DNA from: the human T2T-CHM13v2.0 reference genome, Homo sapiens
DNA: 64,000 nt
Strand: one strand, 5' to 3'
Assembly (NCBI RefSeq): GCF_009914755.1
Contig: NC_060927.1
The notes beneath the pieces were generated by a model. That model was not told the origin of the DNA. It did no database searches and saw only the letters and a list, made by a program, of their open reading frames with translations. A program made the position numbers and the translations under genes. Positions 54,359-64,000 of this stretch are shown here, one piece after another (positions within the stretch are counted from its first letter, which is position 1; each line of letters opens with the position of its first letter).

Positions 54359-54662
54359 GGCTGAGTGTGGTGGCTCACACCTGCAATTCCTGCACTTTGG
54401 GAGGTGAGGTGGGCAGATGGTTTGAGCTCAGGAGTTCCAGACCAGCCTAGGCAACCTAGTAAGACCTCATCTTTACAAATAAATTCAAAAATTAGCCAGG
54501 TGTGGTGGCACACGCCTCTAGTCCCAGCTATTCAGGAGGCTGAGGTAGGAGGATCTCTTGAGCCCAGGAAGTGGAGGTTGCAGTGAGTAGAGATGGTGCC
54601 ACTACACTCCAGCCTTGGTGACACAGCGAGACCCTGTCTCAAATAATAATAATAATAATAAT
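54359..54662 (+). mobile_element. Alu SINE (AluJb-like)
   Basis: J-type GGAGGATCTCTTGAGCCCAGG and AGCGAGACCCTGTCTC; (TAA)n tail. Confidence 0.95.
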
Positions 54663-55072
54663 TGCTTCCAGTGGATTTATCTTTGTTCCAAACAGGGTTT
54701 TGAACTTATTTTGAAGACTGAGACATTGTGTAATATCGAGTAGAGGCTTACTAAATGTTTCTAGAAGGTTACATCTCAGGTATAATACACTATAATTCAA
54801 TGTGACTTCAGGCCATTCTTAACATTAAGGAAGCTTGATTTTCAGTAACCAGGAAATGAAAATGACATAGGCTAATACATATAAAAATCTCACTGTCAGC
54901 TGTATGACTTCAGTATGACATATAACCTCACTGCTTTTTGGCCCAATGTTATTGGATCAATGGAAAGGAAAAATTGTGGCATCCAAAAGAATGAGCTCCT
55001 GCTTCATAGGCATGACTGTGCAAAGAAGAAAAATCTGTAATCATTCTAAAGATATCAGTATAAGGGATAAAC

Positions 55073-55363
55073 CAGTGATTTTAAAGTCATCCATATAAAG
55101 GGCTACTTTCCCCTGCCTCTTTCCAATCCATTCTGGATTAATGTTTTTGTAAAATACTTTAAAAATAAATTACCAGAAAAATGGAATAAAACGGAGAAAT
55201 ACAAAATATATATCCTAGTTTTTTTACTCTCAGATTCAACAAAGTTACGCTGCCAAATTGCTATGACTGCTTGTTCTAAATTTATAACTGACTTTGTTTC
55301 TGACTTGTAGCACATAATTTGTGGAGCAACACCATTCCGCAGACCCACATTTTAAGAAGTACT
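55073..55363. mobile_element. Possible old hAT-Charlie element
   Basis: Ends CAGTGATTTTAAAGT.. and ..GACCCACATTTTAAGAAGTACTG resemble MER5/Charlie termini. Confidence 0.45.
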
Positions 55364-56016
55364 GGTGTAAATCATAATCTTATCTTGGGAACAGTTGCTT
55401 ACTAAATACCAAAACAAACAGAAATCATAATCATTTTGCAGGGGAACTCTTCTGCTGGCCAGAGAAATAAACTTAAGGTAGAAAAGACTTGACTAACCGA
55501 TTCTCTTTGTTTTTCTTTTATCTTTTTTTATCACCTTTGTTTTATGTAAGTAATTTTTTTTTTTTACATTTCACTTTCTTAATAGTATTCAAGTCTTGGG
55601 AACATAGTTCTTGCAGATAATTTTTCATATTTCCTTGTTTCTGGTATTCTTAATAAGCAATCTCTAATTAGCTCCTGTGTTTTTATTTTATTATGTGTTA
55701 CAGGACTGTATATAAATCTTATTTTATATTAAGTGCTTCCTAAGGCTTTCAAGAGTCAGTTACTTCAAAAGAGGCTTTTCTAACCACTGGTAACAATGAT
55801 ATTACTAAGTGGTTTTCTTTGAATAATAACCATTACTTTCTTTGAAGTTAATGCCAAACTTAATTTTAAAAAATGATATAAACATGTATAAATTCAACAA
55901 AGAAAAAAGGGAGAATGAAATAAATTTTATTAACAAATACCTCGTTTGTTTAGCATTCATTTCTCCAATATAGATGCATACCTATAATAAATCAAACAAT
56001 AACATTAAGTCTTAAC

Positions 56017-56035
56017 ATTGCCATCTGCTGGGAAT
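56017..56035 (-). promoter_or_regulatory. Candidate CTCF binding site
   Basis: Minus strand reads TTCCCAGCAGATGGCAAT, matching the CCASYAGRKGGCR core; lies in non-repeat sequence. Confidence 0.55.
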
Positions 56036-57550
56036 GTCAGTGCAGTGATACATACTAGAGGTAACATGATGAATTTGTAGTAGCTAAAATCATTTAAGTG
56101 AAAAACGTAATTGTTTTTCACTATATAATTCCTAGTTTGATTAACTTTTCTTTCAAAAAATCTGAACTAAAGGAGAAGAAAAGTAAGAAAAATTTGCTCA
56201 GTTACTTTGAGGTATTAGAGAGAGTTTTATATATTTTCTCTCAAACATTATTTTATCCCTTGGAGACTGAGAGAGAATTTTTCTTCATGCTTTACCTACA
56301 GGGGCACAAATTCCATATAGCTTACTTTACTTTCTTAGGTGCTAAGGAAGATGTGAACAGGGCAGAAAGACAGCCAAGAGTTACCTTTGTATATGTTTTC
56401 ACTGGTTGTTTTATTTCTCCTTATATATATTCAAAGTTAAAAATTCACTATAACAATGACTTTAATAGTTTCTACAAATGTTGACTGCCTAAGTGGAATG
56501 TAAGGCATGCAATTTGTAACTTTAAACAATTAAAATTGTAGTGGTAACTTCTTGTTTCACTATTATTAGACCATGAGAAAAAAATGCCCATTTGACTTTT
56601 ATTGTCCACGTCAACATGCAGTATTTCAATAGCCATAAAAAAACCAAATGTATTGGAATATACATATAATTAATGTACTGTATTTGAAGAGATTTTAGTG
56701 GTCATTAAAGATGTCAAAAGCATGTACAAGGTACAAAGGAATCAGGGATATGGCAAAGATGAAAACATCAATAATATCCCTGAGTTCATGTCCTTGGAAG
56801 TCCATCAAAAGCATTCAAATTTTTTTATCCTACTGAATATACAATTATATGAGCCTTAAAGATTAAAAGAAAGCTCATGGCGTTTAGGTAGAAAGTTAGC
56901 CAGCAAGAACCAGTTTTCTAGAAAAACCCATTACCTTCTATTAGGTAGAAAAACAAGAAGAATGGTGAATTGCTGTTTGTTTTCTCCTCATGCTTCGAGC
57001 ATGAGCAGGAGCAAGGCCTTTCAATGACTGAGAAATGTCAATCGATCAATAGGCGATGAATAGAAAACAAGAACATAAAAACAAATCATAATAACATGAA
57101 TTCCAGGTAAGTCTCTAGTGAGGCATTTAAACATATTGCAATATGCTGAGAATTTCCAATTTGCTAATATTTTCCCTAGTTTATATATTTTCTTTTATAA
57201 TAACACATCAATAGTGTTTCAGGTTTGATTTATGAAGGAAGCCAAAAATAATATAATTCGGGGTGAGTACAACTGACGTTTATCATCCCTTGAGAGATAT
57301 GATGGGAACACTCTTGTGGCAACACTAAGTCATCTTTGTGCTCTTCACATAAAGATGAAGATTACATCAGAGAGTAGAAATTAGGTATTTTCCTTTCTAC
57401 TAATGCTCTTTGCAGTGTTACGCTGAAAGATTTTGGGAGGAAACAGGCTATTGTCACTGGTACAGATCTTCATTTTAAAGACCATCTTGTCACTGTTTTA
57501 GAACACTGAACAGGTCTAGATGAACTTTAAAGGATATTTCTAACTTTGAT

Positions 57551-57637
57551 TCTAAAAGTAAACATTACAAATTATTTTTTCGATTGAAGTAAACAACTAC
57601 AAATCACATCCAAACATTATTTAATCCCCCAGAATGA
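57551..57637 (+). repeat. ~85-bp dispersed direct repeat, copy 1
   Basis: TCTAAAAGTAA..AAACAACTA(C)AAATCACATCCAAAC(AC)ATTATTTAATC..AGAATGA recurs at 59123-59207. Confidence 0.9.
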
Positions 57638-59122
57638 CTCAGTACAGGATCTATTTGTTGAAGGTAAATATGAAAATTTTGCTTGAAACTTTTGCATAAT
57701 CACATATTTTGAAAAGTAAGAAGTTATTTTCACAAAAGAAAAGAAACAGACATAAGCATGATATGCGTGAATGGATAATAACTGTTTTGTTTTGAGTATA
57801 GTCTATTATTTGTAATGGCAAGTTTACAATTTCCTACATGATATATGACATTCTGAGTAGTATCATTTAAATATGTAATTTAAGGTTGCATGGAGGAATA
57901 TGTTCACCTACCGAAATTGAGACTGGAGGGAAAAGTTGACTAGTTTATTTTTAGCTGCTGTTTAACATGCCAGAAACAGAGCTAGTTGCCTAACATATAT
58001 GGTTTCATTTAATCGGCCACTGCTTTTGGAGACAGGCAACTTTGTGAAGTAGAAAGAATGCTAGGGAAAGGTAATAAGAAAATCTGGGTTCCAGTTTGTG
58101 TGCAGGCATGGGTGAAGTTGAATGGAGTTAGTAGACTTCAAGAAATAGTGAAGCCGTTTTATCAAGTAGGTCATCTAGGTAGAAATGGAAAGTACTCAGG
58201 ATGACAGAATCCTTAGAAACTAGTTTATGATCTCTACTTCCAAGTTGCATGATACCATGTAAGTGAGATAAATTATGAGACATGATTCATGTATTTCAAT
58301 AAATATAAATGAGACTCCAGGAAATCGATAAATGGTAGTAAAAAGGAAAATAGAACTGTATGCATTTTCAGTCAGTGCAATGGAAATACTTGGAAGGAAG
58401 TAATTGAGTCAAGAACATGAAAAATAAGAATACCATGATAGGAGGGGCACTGAGATAATAACCAGACAAAATCCCGAAATAATGGAAATGTGAAAATGAT
58501 TTTCAACCAGAACTGCTGAAAACTACCTTCGCTGCAGGTGTCCAGAGAACTGTTCAATGCTCGAGGATAGCATTGGTGTAAGGTTGCTGAGGCTAGTAGA
58601 AATTTAGCTCAGGCATCTTTGCAGGGGGTGTGTGGCCCTGTGCAAGTTGAGATCTGAATGGATTCTAAGGTCCAGTGAAAAAGGAAGCCTGTGACTGGGT
58701 TGCAAACTGCTGAAAATTGCACAGGATGGATCTTGGAAGAATCTGAGAGCTCTAGCAGTTGATATTTTGCTCTGTTCAGATAAAAGCAATGATGGTCTCT
58801 GACAGCTTGCTTTGATTATAATAGTATTTATTGAAACTCCTACACATAAAGCACTATGTTAGTTCATTTTTTTTACTTTTGTTAGTTTATCAACTTTTTA
58901 CAATTGATGTTCATCTTTTTACATTTTACATTTGTTGCTTCACCAATTGTTTACAATTTACATTTGTTCATCAATTTCAACAAAATCTAATGTTTGTATT
59001 ATCTCTATTTTTCAGATGAAAAAACTTAGGCTAATAATGGTAAAATTAAAATTCTAATCTCAGTCTTTCTATTTCAAAGCCTGAACTTTATATCTCTATC
59101 TTATACTATTTGCCTAAAAATC

Positions 59123-59207
59123 TCTAAAAGTAAGCTATAAATTTATTTTTCTATTAAACAAACAACTAAAATCACATCCAAACACATTATTTAATCTCCA
59201 AGAATGA
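59123..59207 (+). repeat. ~85-bp dispersed direct repeat, copy 2
   Basis: See copy 1; offset 1572 bp. Confidence 0.9.
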
Positions 59208-61050
59208 GAGCTTTTATCAATATTTTTGATACATATACATTTTAATTATATTATACCTAAACCACTCAGGATTAATGCTTGATTCCAGTCTTATATTTTC
59301 CCATTTATCCTGGAGAGCAGAACATTTAACCTGAGTGGAAGAAACATGTCATATACACTTCAGCAAAAAAAAACTTCAGTTGTATATAGAAAAGATCAAT
59401 TAAACAGTGGTCACAATGAAAAGAGGACCTTGCTTTATAGGTCTTTTTAAAAATTAGAGCTAGTAATGATAAATCCAATTGTCTTTTTCTAGTTGAAGAA
59501 GGAAACTCACAGAGCTAAAACTACTAGTAGAAAAGAGAATGAAGAAACAAAACTGAAGCGCAATTTCCTCACCACTCTCTCCAAGAGAGAGCCATGTAAA
59601 ACTCACAGAAATATCTTCTTTTGTTGAAATACCACAAGGGATTTTTTGTTGCCAATTTATAGGCCAATCAACTTTAAGTATACCTAATAGCACCTTGTAA
59701 AATCTAAGCAGTTTGAACAGCAGGTCCTGTCCTGATGTGATTGGTCTTCTGAGTCATTGCTTCTTTAAAAGACTGAATTGATCTTTTTCTATCTTGACTC
59801 TGGTAAAAATATGAGGTTTTTTGGGTCAAATGACAAGTACTCTGCCTACTAAACTACTTTCCTTGATTTTTGAGGACAGAGTGAGTTTTCCTCTCTGCCT
59901 TTTAGGCAGAAGCTTGAAAAGTAAATTGAAACATTTTTTCCCAGAATGACTCATACCAAAACCTTTAAAGATAGCCATTAAATTTTATTGTACTGGTAGT
60001 CCTGCCATGAAATAGATTTGTATTTGATTGCTCTCTACCTTCATGTTAATACATAATATTAAGGCTGAGCACTCATATAGAAAAAGAATTTCCAAAGTGA
60101 GGGGCCGTCAAACTTCTTGGCCAGTTTTTAACATTAATTTTTACTCATTTTTAGTGGATTTTATCTTCTTAGTCAATGAATTATAACTATTGAATAAATT
60201 GGATAGTGTCCCTTAATACAAAATATGTAATATTGGGGACTCAAAGAGAAATTATAGCAGTGGTATGTTTTTATTTTTCTCCCACTACTGAAGTAATAAT
60301 CCCAGTAGAGTTCTTAGTAGTATGTGGTATAGCTCTCACACTATTTCTATGTACAAAATCTTTAGTTTCTGATTTTTTTTCTTGACCAGTGAAGACAGAA
60401 ATTTCATAAAAGAAACAAGGTAATAATTACTAAACTATAAATTAAATTAGAAATCTAGTTGGGGAAGGTACCAGAGGAAGAATGAGAGGCTAATAAATGC
60501 TTTTGGATTGAAACTTATATGTAGATAAGCAATGCTATTCGTTAATGTTATACTTAAAAGAAATATGCATGCAGAAGACTAATCTATATATCTCCCAATT
60601 AGTGTACTGTATTTTTAAAAAAGAAAAAGTTATTGCTATGGCTTTTATCCCTTTTCTCTCATCTTATACCTACGGTGTATTTAGTAGCTGTCACAGAGTG
60701 GGTGAAAATGGTGACAGAACTTTTTTTAAAATTGTACTTAGAGGTTTTGGTGACATAGTAAGTTTAAGGTGAATTCTATGTGTGCCATTGTCCTCTTTTT
60801 TCTTTTTTTAATCTGACTGTGTCATTCTAGTTAAAGTATTTGCCTCATGATCACTGTGCGTGGAAAAAATTCAAAGTAGCAAATTCAAAGGGTAACCAAA
60901 GTAGGGTGGGGTGTTACATGCTATTATTGCAGAAAGAGGCAGCCTTCATATTTGTCCATCCTCATGGCTAGTGAAGAGGACTTTTGTGTAACAACATAAC
61001 AAGGTTTCGCTATGAGAGGCAATCTCTTTTAGTCAAAAATAGACACTTAC

Positions 61051-61187
61051 TTATATGTGCTCCACACTGAAGAATGGAACCTTCCTAGAACGGAGTGAAA
61101 ATCAGATCGTTGCAGGGCTCAAGCTAAGAGGTTTAGGAATTCCACAGCACAGGATGACAGGAGCTGAAGCAGGATGAAGTCTGGGAG
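61051..61187 (-). other. Candidate 137-nt non-coding exon
   Basis: Minus strand: CTGAC branch point, ~35-nt pyrimidine tract ending TTTCAG, donor TAA|GTAAGT; stop codons in all three frames. Confidence 0.35.
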
Positions 61188-61440
61188 CTGAAAGAGAAGA
61201 AGGTAGAAAAGAGAGTGGAAAGAGAGTCAGACCAAGTAAGAAATAATTTTCAGTTTTCCATCTAAGATGATACTGAATGGACAGGAAGTCAACCCAATGA
61301 GAAAGTAAAGTAACACGTTCTCCTATGAGTTGCTGAATTCTAAATGTGTTATGATCAGCTATCACTGCTCTTCAATACATTTTAGCATCTGCATTGTATA
61401 ACTATTATTTTATATTGGTATTATATGAAGCATTCTGTAT

Positions 61441-61771
61441 TGTTAAAATAATTAATTGGAAGGTCATTAGGCTGAGATGGCTCCACTGGCTTGGGTTCCT
61501 ACTTAAGTAAACAAAAACCGAATTCAATGTAAACAGTAAAATGAAACTTAAGCTTAACCAATCAGAAATTGCCAGCTTTTAACTACGGACTTTCTTCTTT
61601 GGCCGGTCAAATATTTTCTTTGTCTTTGTTCTGTAAAGACCTTATAATGTTTCCCCTCTCTCCTTCTTAGTGGAGTGATGAATTACTTGCCATCTGATGC
61701 TGCCCAATTCATGAATTGCTGAATGCTCAAATTTTTTAAACTTGTAATGTGCCTAAGTTTATCTTTTAACA
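61441..61771 (+). mobile_element. MER57-family-like ERV1 solo LTR
   Basis: TGTTAAAA..TTTTAACA terminal inverted repeat; ATTAGGCTGAGATGGCTCC..GGGTTCCTAC; CCAAT box; approximate TSD GTAT/GGAT. Confidence 0.78.
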
Positions 61772-62539
61772 GGATTAAGGACCAAAATGTGATCTGTTGG
61801 GAGCCAAATGTACAATAAATTCAATTAATAGCATTTTGCGTTTTTAACATAAGTTTGAATGGGACTTTGTTGATCTCTGCATTTTATTCTTTCTCTGATA
61901 GAGCTGTGTTGAAGTTCTGTTCTGATTCTCTCATTTCTATCTGCTTCAGCAGATCTTCAATGTTGGCACCCAGGTAAACTTTTCCTCTGGCTTCTACAAC
62001 CTACAGCTTAATTCTGTGGGTTAGGGCTTGTTTCATCCCTGTGGGTGAACATTTGCTATGCTGAGCTCTTTGGTTTCTCTTCAGGGAACATATCTGTGGG
62101 CTACACTCATAGTGAGGATGACTCAGGGCCTGCTGTGGCCTTGGAGAATGAGACCCTAAGAGAGAGAGTGTTCTTCGAAGCCCTATCACTAAAAAGTTGC
62201 AAATGAGGATGACATTTGAATGGTACTGAATGAGATACAAGAAAAAGGAGTTTAGATAAAAGCTCTATCATTCAACTTCTTTTGTCCAGGAAGGCATAAA
62301 CTTCTTCTATGCACTGCTCTGTAAAATTCTCTTACCATTTTAAGACTATTTTAATTGTAAAGAGGGTATCATAGGTTGAGTTAAAATTTGCTCCCCAGTA
62401 AATTCAACCCATTGGTTTCTGATCCTTCAGAACCAACATGATGGAGCTGGTTCCCCAACAGAACATAATTTCTAAACCTCTCATCTAATCACTTGAGTTT
62501 GAGATCCAAAGCTTTCATGGGAAAGTTATTTTAAACCCT

Positions 62540-63640
62540 CAAAGACCAGATATTGCCAATGTTAGTAAAACATGGAGAACAAAATAAAAGTGCCACTTTT
62601 TTAAATAAGAAATCAGCCTGCATTCTGAATTTGATTAAGAAATCATAGAAAAAAGAAACTACAGATTAAAGATGCTTACATGGTAAACAAAACACTTTTT
62701 TTTTTTTTTTTTGAGATGGAGTCTTGGTCTGTCACCCAGGCTGGAGTGCCATGGCACGATCTCAGCTCACTGCAACCTCAGGTTCAAGGGATTCTCCTGC
62801 CTCAGCCTCCCGAGTAGCTGGGATTACAGACATGTGCCCCCACACCCAGCTAATTTTTTACAGAATATTAATACACTAATACCAAATGAAATTTATTCAG
62901 GAATATAAAGATGGATCACTAAAAATATCAATTACAATAATACAAAATAGTAATTTACCCAAAGAGGAAAATAATAAGATTTTATAATAAATGCATTTGA
63001 TAATGTCCAATACATATTTCTGATTTTATAATCTGATGAAAATAGAAGAAAAAGATTATTCTTCAACCTGACCGATGTACATTTTAAACTTACCAACATC
63101 ATATTTCAGATTTGAGTACTGGAAGAATTCTCATTCAAGTAAGAAGGTTGAGAAGAGTGTAAGATATTACTACTACCAGTTTTCATAGTCCTAAAACTTT
63201 GAAATTGATAAGAAAAGGGAAACAAGAACCATAAACATTTGTTAAAAAAGCCAAGGAAATTATCATTATTTACCAATAGTTTGGTAGCATATATGGAAAA
63301 CCTAAAAATGTCTAGTTGGAAAGATTAGAAATAGACAATTTCCAACAATTTCCAATATTCAGAAAAATAGTTAATTTCAAAATTATTATTTTTTTAGTAG
63401 TTTTGCACATGTCAAATATAAAGTAGAAAAATATAATGAAGGAGTTTCTATTAAAATATCAGGAAAACCATACAATGGCTAGAAATACACTCAAGAAGAA
63501 ATGTGTAACATCTACAAAAAGGAAACTCTAAAGCACTACCAAGGGAAAAACAATAAATAACATTTTAAAAACATGAACTACTTTAATGAAATAGAGCATA
63601 TATCAAAAATATATACCAACATTTGGATTAATAATCAAGA
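62540..63640 (+). mobile_element. Ancient L1M ORF2 (RT region) remnant
   Basis: AAAGAAACTACAGA..TTTATTCAGGAATATAAAGATGG..GCATTTGATAA..AAATTATCATTATTT..GAAAACCTAAAA are colinear with ORF2 of the L1PB above. Confidence 0.65.
62696..62859 (-). mobile_element. Alu right arm only (AluS), truncated at the A-rich linker
   Basis: Poly-T, GAGATGGAGTC..GGGATTACAG..CAGCTAATTTTT, then non-Alu sequence; small internal deletion after GCAACCTC. Confidence 0.93.
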
Positions 63641-64000
63641 TACATTCTGATGAATTTTCACACAATAAACATATCTACATAACCTCCAAATAAATAAATT
63701 TAACAGTTTTCTTTAGAGTTACATCTACATTATGAGACTGGTATTGTTTATTACACCTTGTGTGACATTGGAACCAAGATAGTATATGAAGCCTTACAAC
63801 CACCACACCAGTTATGACATAAAGTATTTCCAGCACTCCACAAAGTTCCCTCAATCCTCTTTACAAATAAATATCCTTCCTCTATTCCTAACTCCTGGTA
63901 ACTAATGATCTACTGCTGTCATTAGAATTCATATAAATCAAACCAGAGAATATTCATCTTCTGTCTAGCTTATTTTATTTGGCACAATGCCTTTGAAATC
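63640..64000 (-). mobile_element. L1ME/L1MB-type 3' fragment running off the window
   Basis: ATTTCCAGCACTCCACAAAGTTCCC..CCTGGTAACTAATGATCT..TAGAATTCATATAAAT..TGTCTAGCTTATTTTATTTGGCACAATG. Confidence 0.65.

Noticed and set aside
56098-56484. 128-aa ORF
   Set aside because: GTG start, K/F-rich low complexity, no recognised homology
58370-58800. Slightly GC-richer, exon-like stretch
   Set aside because: The plus-strand frames I translated stop early and the ORF track shows only ~61-aa minus-strand ORFs; no recognisable protein or repeat family, so left unassigned

Overview
AT-rich, CpG-depleted, repeat-dense non-coding DNA from a simian primate. AluJ/S/Y, L1PB and MADE1 elements are present, consistent with human or another catarrhine. 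No protein-coding gene, tRNA, rRNA, CRISPR array or processed pseudogene of a cellular gene can be supported. The only ORFs with recognisable protein similarity are broken pieces of LINE-1 ORF2 in a dead, 5'-truncated ~4.3 kb L1PB (9.9-14.25 kb). The rest is 11 Alus, old L1M/L2/MIR fragments, solo LTRs (MLT2A2, MLT2B, MSTA, MLT1, MER34, MER57, LTR16), non-autonomous DNA transposons (MER58, MER53 x2, MADE1, MER44, MER8, MER5) and microsatellites. I found no evidence of an undescribed biological system. Items worth checking are: two minus-strand non-coding exon candidates (possible lncRNA); head-to-head inverted Alus 18 bp apart; MADE1 and MER53 hairpins of the miR-548/miR-1302 source families; an MLT2A2 LTR with a DUX4-like site; a CTCF core motif; a CpG/ETS/IRF-rich patch; an ~85 bp dispersed duplication; and an L2 fragment with a GAAA tail inserted in a MIR. 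All repeat names were assigned by eye from remembered consensus sequences, so subfamily calls and the boundaries of old elements are approximate.
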